This document shows positions 20,157-30,193 of a stretch of 64,000 bases of DNA, one piece after another. The DNA lies in assembly GCA_963666425.2 (NCBI GenBank), contig OY762825.2, positions 64,001-128,000 on the forward strand, in the 5' to 3' direction. Each line of letters opens with the position of its first letter. The stretch's first letter is position 1. This DNA is from Bacillota bacterium (GTDB taxonomy: Bacteria > Bacillota > JAAYKD01). The notes below the pieces were generated by a model. It did not search any database and was not told the origin of the DNA. It was given only the letters and a program-made list of their open reading frames with translations. A program made the translations under genes and the position numbers.

Positions 20157-21218
20157 TTGCAGATTGTACTCGTGATCAATCCGGGTTCCACTTCAACAAA
20201 AGTTGCGCTCTATTGCGATTATGTCAAAGCAGCGGATCAGACTTTTTACCATACAGCGGAGGAACTGGCGGGTTTTGCCCAAACCATCGATCAATTGGAG
20301 TTCCGGCTGGAGCTGATTAAAGCATGGCTGCCGCTGGTTCTACCCGTTGGGGAAACTTTAACAGCAGTGGTTGGACGCGGTGGTATGCTGAAGCCTTTGC
20401 ACAGCGGCGTCTATTCGGTCAATCAAGCAATGCGGCAGGACTTAATATCCGGTGTTTACGGCATTCATGCATCCAATTTAGGCGGTTTATTGGCAGAACG
20501 CTTAGCGGCTTTGCATGCGGTAGAAGCGTTTATTGTCGACCCGGTTTCGGTTGATGAATTTGATCCGGTCGCGCGATTCAGCGGCTTACCGGAATTACCG
20601 CGTGTCAGCATGCTGCATGCGCTGAATATCCGAGCCATTGCCCTGCGTCATGCCCAATTGCAAAAACAAAAATACGAAACGCTGAACCTGATTGTGGCGC
20701 ATCTGGGCGGCGGTTTTTCCATTGCTCCCATTACAGGCGGCCGGGTGATTGATGTCAACAATGCCAATCAGAACGGTCCTTTTTCGGCCGAACGCGCCGG
20801 TACCCTGCCGGTTTATTCGCTGGTCCGTTTATGTTACAGCGGTCAGTATACTGAGAATGAAATGATTAAAAAGATCAACGGCAAAGCCGGCCTGATCGCT
20901 TATTTGGGAACCGGCGATCTGCGTGTGGTGGAACAGCGGATTGCAGCCGGTGACCGCCGCGCAGCAGAAGTCTATATGGCCATGATTTATCAGATTGGTA
21001 AGGAAATTGGCGCCATGGCGGTCACCCTGAAAGGGAAAGTGGACGCGATTCTGCTCACCGGCGGTATGGCGCACAGCGATCAGCTCTGCTGCGGTATCGA
21101 GGAATTGGTCAATTGGATTGCAGCGGTTTATCGATACCCGGGCGAGGACGAGATGCGTGCTCTGGCCGAGGGTGTTTTTCGGGTATTGAAGGGCGAGGAA
21201 ATCCTTCGCACTTATTAA
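20157..21218 (+). CDS. buk: Butyrate/branched-chain carboxylate kinase (copy 1)
   Basis: INPGSTSTK, GRGG, HASNLGG, HLGGG, PGEDE; TTG start after AGGGGAG. Confidence 0.92.
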   Translation: MQIVLVINPGSTSTKVALYCDYVKAADQTFYHTAEELAGFAQTIDQLEFRLELIKAWLPLVLPVGETLTAVVGRGGMLKPLHSGVYSVNQAMRQDLISGVYGIHASNLGGLLAERLAALHAVEAFIVDPVSVDEFDPVARFSGLPELPRVSMLHALNIRAIALRHAQLQKQKYETLNLIVAHLGGGFSIAPITGGRVIDVNNANQNGPFSAERAGTLPVYSLVRLCYSGQYTENEMIKKINGKAGLIAYLGTGDLRVVEQRIAAGDRRAAEVYMAMIYQIGKEIGAMAVTLKGKVDAILLTGGMAHSDQLCCGIEELVNWIAAVYRYPGEDEMRALAEGVFRVLKGEEILRTY

Positions 21219-21254
21219 TATCATAGAACCTATAGAGAGAAAAAATAAGGAGAG

Positions 21255-22169
21255 ATGGGAAATTTGATCAAATCATTTGATGAATTACTCGAGCAGATCA
21301 GTCAGTTGCCCAAGCGTCATATCGCGGTTGCGGCAGCCCATGATGAAGATGTGCTGGAGGCCGTTTGTCATGCCGTTCAATCGGGTTTGGTGGATGCTAC
21401 CCTGGTTGGCAAAAAGGAAGAAATCCTGCAGATCGCCGCAACGCATGGTTTTAACCTGCAAAGCATGGAAATTGTTGATGCGGTGGATAACATCGACGCA
21501 GCCCGCAAAGCGGTGGAATTGGTTTCCAGCGGTAAAGCGCACATGCTGATGAAGGGCATTGTCGACACCGCTAATTTATTGCGTGCGGTCTTGGACAAAC
21601 AAATTGGCTTAAGGACAGATCACTTGCTCTGCCATGTGGCAGTGATGGAGATTCCAGGGCTGGACCGGTTGATTTTTATGACCGACGGCGGTATGGTGAT
21701 TGCACCTACTCTGGAACAAAAAGTGGATATGCTGAAGAACGCCTTCTCTGTGGCGCGCGGGTTCGGCATCAGTCAACCAAAGGCGGTGCCTTTAACCGCC
21801 TTTGAACATGTCAATCCTAAAATGCTTGCCACAGTTGATGCGGAAAAGCTGCATGAACTGGCGCTGGCGGGTGAATTTGGCGATGCCATGGTCAGCGGTC
21901 CGCTGGCTTTCGACGCTGCTTTGGTAGCAGCTGCGGCACAGCATAAAGGGATCAGCGATCCGGTGGCAGGGCAGGCGGATATTATTTTAGTGCCGTTTAT
22001 TGAAGTCGGCAACGTGATGTACAAATCTTTAGTCTATTTTGGTAATACCAAAGTGGCTGGCATCATTGTCGGTGCCAGAAAACCTATTGTCTTGACCTCC
22101 CGCTCCGATACTCCGGAAGCGAAATACCGTTCGATTGCGGTCGCTTCTTATTTAGCGAAAGAGCAGTAG
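21255..22169 (+). CDS. ptb: Phosphate butyryltransferase
   Basis: MKG, GPLAFD, GNVMYK and LTSRSD motifs. Confidence 0.92.
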   Translation: MGNLIKSFDELLEQISQLPKRHIAVAAAHDEDVLEAVCHAVQSGLVDATLVGKKEEILQIAATHGFNLQSMEIVDAVDNIDAARKAVELVSSGKAHMLMKGIVDTANLLRAVLDKQIGLRTDHLLCHVAVMEIPGLDRLIFMTDGGMVIAPTLEQKVDMLKNAFSVARGFGISQPKAVPLTAFEHVNPKMLATVDAEKLHELALAGEFGDAMVSGPLAFDAALVAAAAQHKGISDPVAGQADIILVPFIEVGNVMYKSLVYFGNTKVAGIIVGARKPIVLTSRSDTPEAKYRSIAVASYLAKEQ

Positions 22170-22178
22170 GCGCACCTG

Positions 22179-23252
22179 ATGGAAAAAAACTTAATCCTGG
22201 CAATCAATCCCGGTTCTACTTCGACCAAAATCGGTATCTTTCGCGAACGGACGCTGCTGGCAGAAGAAACGCTGCGTCATACGGCGGAGCAGCTGCAGCC
22301 GTACCCGCTGATTATCGATCAGTACGAATTCCGCTATCAGGCGGTCAAGGTGTGTCTCGCGCAACATGGGTTCGATTTGCAGCAATTCGTGGCGATTGTT
22401 GGCCGCGGTGGTATGATGAAGCCGATTGCCGGTGGAACTTACCTGGTCAACGAGGTGATGAAAGAGGATCTGCGCATTGGTTATGCCGGTCAGCATGCTT
22501 CCAATCTGGGCGGCCTGCTGGCGGATACCTTTGCTGCCGAAATCGGGGTGCCGGCTTATATTGTTGATCCCGTTGTGGTGGATGAACTGCAGCCGATTGC
22601 CCGCTATACCGGCATGCCGGAATTGACACGGCGCAGTGTTTTTCATGCTTTGAATCAAAAAGCAGTCGCTTACCGGGCGGCAAAATCACTGGGCAAAGCT
22701 TATACTGAGACGAATTTTATCGTGGTCCATCTGGGCGGCGGTATTTCTGTGACGGCACATGCACATGGCAAAGCCATTGATACCAATAATGCGCTCGATG
22801 GGGATGGACCTTTCTCACCCGAGCGGGCTGGGTCTTTGCCGGTGGAAGGCGTGATTCGTCTTGCCTACAGCGGCAAATACACCGAAGCGCAGCTACGCAA
22901 GCATTTTGTTGGCCAGGGCGGTTTGATCGCTTATCTGGGCAGCAACGACGGACGCGAGATCATGGCTCGTATCAACGCCGGTGATGCGAAGGCTAAAGAA
23001 GTGTTTGAAGCCATGGCCTATCAGATTGCCAAGGAAATCGGCGCGGCTGCGGTTGTGCTCGACGGCAAAATCGACGCCATCCTGCTGACCGGTGGCTTAG
23101 CTTATAGTAAAATCCTGACGGATTACATCCAGAATAAGGTCCGTTTTCTGGCACCGGTGAAGATTTATCCTGGTGAAGATGAATTGCTGGCTTTGGCGGA
23201 AGGCGCTTTGCGCGTTTTACAGGGACAGGATGAGGTGAAGATCTATGTTTGA
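22179..23252 (+). CDS. buk: Butyrate kinase (copy 2)
   Basis: INPGSTSTK, HALNQKA, GPFSPERAG, PGEDE. Confidence 0.93.
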   Translation: MEKNLILAINPGSTSTKIGIFRERTLLAEETLRHTAEQLQPYPLIIDQYEFRYQAVKVCLAQHGFDLQQFVAIVGRGGMMKPIAGGTYLVNEVMKEDLRIGYAGQHASNLGGLLADTFAAEIGVPAYIVDPVVVDELQPIARYTGMPELTRRSVFHALNQKAVAYRAAKSLGKAYTETNFIVVHLGGGISVTAHAHGKAIDTNNALDGDGPFSPERAGSLPVEGVIRLAYSGKYTEAQLRKHFVGQGGLIAYLGSNDGREIMARINAGDAKAKEVFEAMAYQIAKEIGAAAVVLDGKIDAILLTGGLAYSKILTDYIQNKVRFLAPVKIYPGEDELLALAEGALRVLQGQDEVKIYV

Positions 23253-23919
23253 TCATCGTGTCACCGTTTTTGTGGGACCCTACGGCAGCGGTAAAACGGA
23301 ATTGGCTTTGAATGCCGTGCAGCAAATCGCTCCGGCTTATGACCAAATCGCCATCGTTGATTTGGACATTGTCAAGCCTTATTTTCGGGCAAGAGAGTTC
23401 CGCGCTAAATTGATCAGCCGCGATATTCGGGTGATTTTGCCGCAAGGAGAAATGGCCGATGCGGATCTGCCTGCCATTTCACCGGTGATCTACACGGTTT
23501 TTCAAAATGAAAAATTGAAGGTGATTATGGATGTGGGCGGCGACGACGCAGGAGCAACTGCCTTGGGGCAGTACCGCGACCAGTTCCGCGCCACGGATCA
23601 TGAGATCTTGTTTGTGGTCAATACACGCCGGCCTTTTTCGCAAACGGTGGAGGAGATCATCAATATGAAGGAACGCATCGAATGGCGTTCGCGTATCCCC
23701 ATCACGGCCATTGTTGCCAATACGAATTTGAGTATGGAAACAACGGCTGAGGTTATCTTGGAAGGTTACAAAATTGTGCAGCAGGTAGCAGAGCGCTGCG
23801 GTTTACCCATTGCCTTTGCGGCGGTGGATCGTGCTTTTGGTGACGTGGTGGCGCCACATATTGCCGAACCGCTATTTTTAGTGGATCGACAAATGCTCCC
23901 GCCGTGGGAACGAATATAA
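23245..23919 (+). CDS. P-loop NTPase of unknown function linked to the oxidoreductase operon
   Basis: GPYGSGKT Walker A, DLDIVKPYFR, DVGGD. Confidence 0.8.
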   Translation: MFDHRVTVFVGPYGSGKTELALNAVQQIAPAYDQIAIVDLDIVKPYFRAREFRAKLISRDIRVILPQGEMADADLPAISPVIYTVFQNEKLKVIMDVGGDDAGATALGQYRDQFRATDHEILFVVNTRRPFSQTVEEIINMKERIEWRSRIPITAIVANTNLSMETTAEVILEGYKIVQQVAERCGLPIAFAAVDRAFGDVVAPHIAEPLFLVDRQMLPPWERI

Positions 23920-23946
23920 GAAGCAGAGAGAGTAGGAGGAGGAATT

Positions 23947-24153
23947 ATGGCTAACAAGGTGACGATTTTTGAAGACCGTTGTAAAGGGTGTGGTCTTTGT
24001 ACCACTGCCTGCCCAAAAAAGATCCTGGTCATGGGTAAACAAATGAATATCAAGGGATATTATCCCGTCACAGTCAGTGATCCGGAGCAATGCATCGCCT
24101 GTGCGATGTGCGCCAGAATGTGTCCGGATTGTGCGATACAAGTAGAAAAATAG
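23947..24153 (+). CDS. 2[4Fe-4S] ferredoxin-like delta subunit of 2-oxoacid:ferredoxin oxidoreductase
   Basis: Two CxxCxxCxxxCP motifs. Confidence 0.92.
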   Translation: MANKVTIFEDRCKGCGLCTTACPKKILVMGKQMNIKGYYPVTVSDPEQCIACAMCARMCPDCAIQVEK

Positions 24154-24179
24154 AAAAGAGAAAAGAAGGAGGAAACCAA

Positions 24180-25238
24180 ATGGCTGAGAAAATTTTAATG
24201 AAAGGCAATGAAGCCTTGGCGGAGTCTGCCATTGTTGCCGGTTGCCGTTATTTTTTTGGTTATCCCATTACACCGCAAAATGAAATTCCAGAATATATGG
24301 CGAGAAAATTACCGACCATCGGCGGCGCCTTTGTGCAAGCCGAAAGCGAAGTAGCAGCAATCAATATGGTCTATGGTGCGGCAAGCACAGGCGTGCGCTG
24401 CATGACCTCTTCTTCCAGCCCCGGCATCAGCCTGAAGCAGGAAGGCATCTCTTATTGTGTTGGCTCTGAATTACCCTGCGTGATCGTGAATATGATGCGC
24501 GGCGGTCCCGGTTTGGGCAGTATCCAACCCTCCCAGGGCGATTATTTCCAGGCAACCAAAGGCGGCGGCCATGGTGATTATAAATTGCTGGTTTTAGCGC
24601 CTGCCTCCATCCAGGAAATGGTCAATTTGACCATGCAGGCCTTTGATCTGGCAGACAAATACCGCAATCCGGTGATGATTTTAGGCGACGGTATGCTCGG
24701 CCAAATGATGGAACCGGTCACGATTGAACCGACAGTAAGCAATAAGGTAGAAAAACCCTGGGCAGTGGTAGGCACAGAAGGCAAGCGCAAACCGAATATT
24801 ATCAACTCTCTCTTTATTCAAGCGGAAGACTGCGAAAGACACAACCTGCATCTGCAGGAGAAATTCGCCCTGATTGCCAAGAATGAAGTGCGCTATGAAA
24901 TCATCAATGAAGATGCCGAATACTTCCTGGTTGGCTACGGCACCACCGCACGTATCATGCGCAACGTGATGAACATGGCCAGAAAACAAGGTCATGCGGT
25001 TGGTCTGATTCGCCCGATCAGCTTATTCCCCTTCCCAGACGAAGCGTTTGAAAAAGTGATCGGTCATGCCAAAGGATTCCTCACCGTAGAGATGAGCGCA
25101 GGCCAAATGGTCGAAGATGTGCGCTTAGCCGTCAACGGCCGGCAGCCGGTGGCTTTCTACGGCCGTATGGGCGGTATGGCGCCGGAACCCAATACGATTT
25201 TAGCAGAACTTTATAAGCTGATCGAAGGAGGAAAATAA
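24180..25238 (+). CDS. 2-oxoacid:ferredoxin oxidoreductase alpha subunit (VorB-like)
   Basis: MKGNEA, GYPITPQ, QAESE, TSSSSPG; ATG at 24180 follows GGAGG. Confidence 0.92.
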   Translation: MAEKILMKGNEALAESAIVAGCRYFFGYPITPQNEIPEYMARKLPTIGGAFVQAESEVAAINMVYGAASTGVRCMTSSSSPGISLKQEGISYCVGSELPCVIVNMMRGGPGLGSIQPSQGDYFQATKGGGHGDYKLLVLAPASIQEMVNLTMQAFDLADKYRNPVMILGDGMLGQMMEPVTIEPTVSNKVEKPWAVVGTEGKRKPNIINSLFIQAEDCERHNLHLQEKFALIAKNEVRYEIINEDAEYFLVGYGTTARIMRNVMNMARKQGHAVGLIRPISLFPFPDEAFEKVIGHAKGFLTVEMSAGQMVEDVRLAVNGRQPVAFYGRMGGMAPEPNTILAELYKLIEGGK

Positions 25239-25239
25239 A

Positions 25240-25986
25240 ATGGCAATTGTTTATCAAAGACCAAAAGCCTTGGTTGATGTCACGACACATTATTGCCCCG
25301 GCTGCACCCATGGCATCATTCACCGTTTGATTGCCGAAGTCATGGACGAATTGGATATTGCCGGCCAGACAATTGGCATTGCTCCGGTTGGCTGCGCGGT
25401 GTTTGCCTATAACTATTTCAACTGCGATATGGTGCAGGCTGCCCATGGCAGAGCACCGGCCGTAGCGACCGGTTTAAAGCGCGCTCTGCCGGACCGCATG
25501 ATCTTCTCTTATCAGGGCGACGGCGATTTAGCTTCCATCGGCACAGCCGAAATTGTGCAGGCGGCACATCGCGGCGAAAATATCACCGTGATTTTCGTCA
25601 ACAATGCCATTTACGGTATGACCGGCGGCCAAATGGCTCCTACCAGTCTGCTGGGACAAAAAACAACCACGTCTCCTTACGGCAGAAAAGAAGAGCTGGC
25701 CGGCAAGCCCATCCGCGTTGCTGAAATGCTTGCCACCCTGGATAGCTCTGCCATGATCAGCCGTGTGGCGGTCAATACGCCTGCCAACGTGATCAAAGCC
25801 AAAAAAGCGATCAAACAAGCGTTCCTGACCCAGCAAAAGGGCCTTGGTTTTTCGCTGGTTGAAGTTTTATCCACCTGCCCGACCAATTGGGGTCTCAATC
25901 CGATTGAAGCCTTAAAATGGTTGGAAGACAACATGATTCCTTACTACCCCCTGAAAGACTTTAAAGTTCCAGAGGAGGTAAAGTAA
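25240..25986 (+). CDS. 2-oxoacid:ferredoxin oxidoreductase beta (TPP-binding) subunit
   Basis: [22 protein letters not shown]. Confidence 0.92.
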   Translation: MAIVYQRPKALVDVTTHYCPGCTHGIIHRLIAEVMDELDIAGQTIGIAPVGCAVFAYNYFNCDMVQAAHGRAPAVATGLKRALPDRMIFSYQGDGDLASIGTAEIVQAAHRGENITVIFVNNAIYGMTGGQMAPTSLLGQKTTTSPYGRKEELAGKPIRVAEMLATLDSSAMISRVAVNTPANVIKAKKAIKQAFLTQQKGLGFSLVEVLSTCPTNWGLNPIEALKWLEDNMIPYYPLKDFKVPEEVK

Positions 25987-26523
25987 ATGACACATGAAAT
26001 TATCATTGCCGGATTTGGCGGCCAAGGTGTGATGCTGATGGGTCAGCTGATGACCGAAGCCGGTTTACAGGAAAAGAAACAAGTGACCTGGCTGCCTTCC
26101 TATGGACCAGAAATGCGCGGCGGCACAGCCAATTGCTCCGTCGTCATTTCTGATGAAGAAATCGGCAGTCCGATTGTGCTCAACCCCAGCGCGGCGATTG
26201 TGATGAATATTCAAGCCTTTGAGAAATTCGCTCCTTTGGTCAAACCAGGCGGCATGCTCTTCGTCAACAGTTCTTTAATTGAACAGGTCTCTCTCCGCAG
26301 CGATATCAAACAATACCGCATCCCAGCCAATGAATTGGCGGAACAAATCGGTAATGGCAGAGTTTCCAACATGGTGATGCTGGGAGCCTTCTTAGGTGCT
26401 ACCGGGGCGGTAACTCAAGAGTCTATTCTGACTGCGATGAGCCATAAACTGCCGCCGCAGCGTCAGAATTTAATTCCGGTCAACCAAAAAGGGTTGGAAG
26501 CCGGCGCTGCCTATATCAAATAG
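25987..26523 (+). CDS. 2-oxoacid:ferredoxin oxidoreductase gamma subunit
   Basis: AGFGGQG, PSYGPEMRGGTA, NMVMLGA. Confidence 0.92.
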   Translation: MTHEIIIAGFGGQGVMLMGQLMTEAGLQEKKQVTWLPSYGPEMRGGTANCSVVISDEEIGSPIVLNPSAAIVMNIQAFEKFAPLVKPGGMLFVNSSLIEQVSLRSDIKQYRIPANELAEQIGNGRVSNMVMLGAFLGATGAVTQESILTAMSHKLPPQRQNLIPVNQKGLEAGAAYIK

Positions 26524-26564
26524 TCTGCAGAGGAACGAAAACCTCGCTGCTATGATGAAAAGCA

Positions 26565-26633
26565 GCCGCAACGTCAGAATTAAGTTCCAGTCAAACAAAA
26601 GGACTGGAAGTTGGCGCTGCCTAGATCAAATCG
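26565..26633 (+). repeat. Degenerate direct copy of the last ~70 bp of the gamma-subunit gene
   Basis: GCCGCAACGTCAGAATT..GGCGCTGCCTAGATCAAAT aligns to 26454-26523. Confidence 0.8.
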
Positions 26634-26781
26634 TGTAGAAAATAAGTAAAAACCTCACTGCTTGTTTTGGCAGTGGGGTTTTTCTATAAAAATGCCAAGA
26701 TTAAAGAAGCGGCTTGAAAATTCGCAGCGCAGGGAGTATGATAAGAGAAAGAAAAATAGCAGGGAATGAAGGGATGATTGC

Positions 26782-27948
26782 ATGAGAACCATCATCATTG
26801 TCTTGGATAGTGTGGGCTGCGGCGCTTTGCCGGATGCAGCCATCTATGGCGATCAAAACGCCAATACGCTGGCGCATGTGGCAGATGCGGTGGGGGGGCT
26901 AAAGATCCCTCAGCTGCGCGATCTGGGCTTAGGCAATATTTTGTCGCTCGCCGGAGGAGCAACAGTGGCGTCACCCAGCGCCGCTTACGGTAAAATGGCG
27001 GAGGTTTCGCCCGGGAAGGATACCATCACCGGTCATTGGGAGATGGCAGGCCTAAGGTTGGTGCAGCCTTTTGCGGTTTATCCCGGCGGCTTTCCGGTGG
27101 AGTTGATAGAGCGCCTGGAAGCGGCCATCGGCCGAAAAACTTTGGGCAATGTCGCCGCATCTGGCACGGACATTATCGTACAATTGGGTCCGGAGCATCA
27201 GAAAACCGGTTATCCGATTGTCTATACCTCAGCGGACAGTGTGATGCAAATTGCGGTTCATCTGGAGACGGTGCCCTTGGCACAGCTTTACGCATGGTGC
27301 GAAATTGCCCGCCAACTCTGCCGCGGCAGCTATGAGGTCGCGCGGATCATCGCCAGACCTTTTATCGGTTCGCCGGGGGCATATTTTCGCACGGCCGAGC
27401 GGCACGACTACCCGATTAATCCGGGTGGCAATCATCTGCTGACCTTGCTGCAGGAACGCGGTATTCCGGTTTATGCGGTTGGTAAAATTGCCGACGTGTT
27501 TTGTAATGAGGGTGTCACCGCTTCCTATAAAACAAAAGATAATCTGGATGGCATGCAAATAACCGAAAAGCTGCTGTTGGAGAAAAGGGAAGACTGTTTG
27601 ATTTTCACCAATCTGGTGGAGTTCGATTCGCTTTACGGTCACCGCAATAATCCCAGCGGCTATGCCGGCGCGCTGGAAGAATTCGACCGGTTTTTACCCC
27701 GTTTGCTGCAAAATCTGCAGGCGGATGACTGGCTGATCATCACAGCAGATCATGGCTGTGACCCAACCAGCGTCGGTACGGATCACAGCAGGGAATATGT
27801 GCCGCTGCTGCTTTACGGTCCCAATATCTTGCCGGGAGCCCTCGAGACCCGGAGTTCCTTTGCTGATTTGGGAACCACCATCGCTTACCGTTATGGTTGT
27901 ACAATGCCGCTGCATGGCACCTTGATTCCTGTTCAGTCTAGAAAATAG
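26782..27948 (+). CDS. deoB: Phosphopentomutase
   Basis: VLDSVGCG, GKDTITGHWE, YTSADSV, YGHRN, TADHGCDP, DHSRE. Confidence 0.95.
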   Translation: MRTIIIVLDSVGCGALPDAAIYGDQNANTLAHVADAVGGLKIPQLRDLGLGNILSLAGGATVASPSAAYGKMAEVSPGKDTITGHWEMAGLRLVQPFAVYPGGFPVELIERLEAAIGRKTLGNVAASGTDIIVQLGPEHQKTGYPIVYTSADSVMQIAVHLETVPLAQLYAWCEIARQLCRGSYEVARIIARPFIGSPGAYFRTAERHDYPINPGGNHLLTLLQERGIPVYAVGKIADVFCNEGVTASYKTKDNLDGMQITEKLLLEKREDCLIFTNLVEFDSLYGHRNNPSGYAGALEEFDRFLPRLLQNLQADDWLIITADHGCDPTSVGTDHSREYVPLLLYGPNILPGALETRSSFADLGTTIAYRYGCTMPLHGTLIPVQSRK

Positions 27949-28142
27949 CTGCAGAGCACCTTGATTCCTGTTCAGTTTAGAAAATAGCTGCATGGCACCT
28001 TGATTCCTGTTCAGTCTAGAAAACAGCTGCATGGCACTCTAATTCCCGTTCGATCAATAAAATAGCTGCATCGCACTCTAATTCCCGTTCGATCGATAAA
28101 ATAGCTGCATCGCACTCTGATTCCCGTTCAGTCAGTAAAATA
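27909..28142 (+). repeat. Six tandem 39-bp repeats derived from the deoB 3' end
   Basis: GCTGCATGGCACCTTGATTCCTGTTCAGTCTAGAAAATA-like units at 27909, 27948, 27987, 28026, 28065 and 28104. Confidence 0.95.
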
Positions 28143-28147
28143 GCTTA

Positions 28148-28181
28148 AAAAGGCGGTACTTCGTGTGGAAGTACTGCCTTT
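28148..28181. terminator. Intrinsic terminator after deoB and the 39-bp repeats
   Basis: AAAAGGCGGTACTTC-GTGTG-GAAGTACTGCCTTTT. Confidence 0.75.
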
Positions 28182-28833
28182 TGATTTGGTTGATTCGATT
28201 TTGTCACGTTTGCACCATTGTGGTTTGATTTGTATATAAAACTTCAACGTTACAATAATGATATGCTGTGTTGATAAATTTATGGCGAAAATGTAGGGAA
28301 CGGTCTTGACCGTTCCGCCGTAACAATTCACCATTCCGTTGTAGATTTTTACTATTCCAATGTGATAATTCCATCGCGGTTTAGTTTGCACTTAACACTT
28401 CAACGTTGCAAGAATGAAATGCAGTGTTGATCGCTATGTTGCGGAACGGTCAAGACCGTTCCCTACAACTGTTCCAATGTGAATGTTGATCATTACAATG
28501 TGAATCGTTACGGTATGGAATTACCGTTTCGGCGTGGTTTGTACTTAACACTTCAATGATGCGATAATGTTGGATTGATTATTGTATTACAGCGTGGTTT
28601 GCACTTAACACTTCAACGTTGCAAGAATGATATGCAGTGTTGATAAATTTATGGCGAAAATGTAGGGAACGGTCTTGACCGTTCCGCCGTAACAATTCAC
28701 CCTTCCAATGTGAAAATTCCATCGCGGTTTAGTTTGCACTTAACACTTCAACGTTACAATAATGATATGCTGTGTTGATAAATTTATGGCGAAAATGTAG
28801 CCAGCTATCAAACGTCAAGTGGCAAAACGAAAA

Positions 28834-30006
28834 TTATATTCTGGGAACATAAGGCTTTTTATCCCTTAAAACAGCAAAAACAATGTTGCATAATTTATGT
28901 GTAACAGCTCCAATTGCCGTCATATAATCTTTTCCTTCGTCGCGTTTCTTCTGGTAAAAAGCAGACATGACCGGATCTTTTTGCGCGGCAACCGTTGCGG
29001 CATTCCAGAGCGCTCTGCGCAGATAAGGTGAGCCTCGCTTCGACATCGTGTTGTGCGTTGAAGTGAAATTACCGGATTGCTTAATCGAAGGGTCAATACC
29101 GGCAAATGCCGCCAGTTTCTTTGGATTTTCGAAATTATCAATATTGCCGATTTCCGAGTAGATCACCGCAGCCGAGGTGACTCCAACACCAATAATGGTA
29201 TCCAGATAGCATTCACATTGGGAATAGATCTGCTCAATCTTATTCTCAATTGCGTCAATCTGTTCTTCAATGAATTGAATCAGATCCACGGTTTGGTGTA
29301 ATTCAAAGCATAGAGCAGCGTTCGCTCTATTCACACCAACAGTGTGTCTGCAGGCGCTGCGGATCTCCAGCGCTTTTTCCTCACCGAAACTGCCGCGGGA
29401 ATGCTTCGCTAAAAAATCAGCCAACCGCTTTGTGCCGAGCTTCAGAATGGCATCCGGTGACGGATACTTGCTGAGCAACTCCAGCGAAGTTTTACCGAAA
29501 ATATTGGAAAACAGCTTGTGATATTCCGGAAAAAGGTGATCCAGCACGCCAATTACATGGTTTTTGTGCTTTGCAATCTCATCAACCAGAGAACAGCGGA
29601 AACGGCATAACTCGCGTAAATTCTGGACATCCTCCGTTTGTACCGCTACGTCGGAATAACGTCCCATGCGGATCACATCCGCGATATAACCGCAATCCAC
29701 CGTATCCGTCTTGGTTTTACGGACAGACATGCGCCGTATGGCGTCGGTGAGCAGGGGATTGACCACATGCAATTCAATTCCTAAATCGAGTAAAACACAA
29801 TAAAAATTCAGCCAGTAATGACCGGTGGCTTCCATGCCGACGCAAATTGCATCTTGCTTTTGGTAAAGAGCGACCTTCTGCAAAAACAATTGAAAGCCCT
29901 CTTCGGAATTTTCAAATGCAAACGAGGGAGCCAGCGCTTGACCACTGGCGTCCACCGCGATCGCCTGGTGACGGAATTTACCGATGTCTACGCCAAAAGT
30001 AATCAT
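28834..30006 (-). CDS. IS110 family DEDD transposase (bridge recombinase)
   Basis: GVDIG, MEATG and KTDTVD acidic tetrad; C-terminal LAAFAGIDPSIKQSG and SKRGSPYLR. Confidence 0.96.
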   Translation of the reverse strand: MITFGVDIGKFRHQAIAVDASGQALAPSFAFENSEEGFQLFLQKVALYQKQDAICVGMEATGHYWLNFYCVLLDLGIELHVVNPLLTDAIRRMSVRKTKTDTVDCGYIADVIRMGRYSDVAVQTEDVQNLRELCRFRCSLVDEIAKHKNHVIGVLDHLFPEYHKLFSNIFGKTSLELLSKYPSPDAILKLGTKRLADFLAKHSRGSFGEEKALEIRSACRHTVGVNRANAALCFELHQTVDLIQFIEEQIDAIENKIEQIYSQCECYLDTIIGVGVTSAAVIYSEIGNIDNFENPKKLAAFAGIDPSIKQSGNFTSTHNTMSKRGSPYLRRALWNAATVAAQKDPVMSAFYQKKRDEGKDYMTAIGAVTHKLCNIVFAVLRDKKPYVPRI

Positions 30007-30042
30007 TTACAGCAACTCCTCAAACTGGAATGCGGCAAAGGA

Positions 30043-30193
30043 TGATCTCTCTGACGCTGACAGTTGCAACCTCGCGTGAAATACAAGGATTTTACCCTAT
30101 CCAGCCAATACGCAGATTTCTGTCAGATCAGAGGCAACACTCTACATCACAGGAACGATTCCCAGGGAACAGTACGTTGACCTCTGCCTGACA
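30043..30193 (-). ncRNA. Predicted bridge RNA of IS110 copy 1 (boundaries approximate)
   Basis: Two internal-loop hairpins holding target guides (30172-30164, 30147-30142) and donor guides (30107-30101, 30074-30071). Confidence 0.8.
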
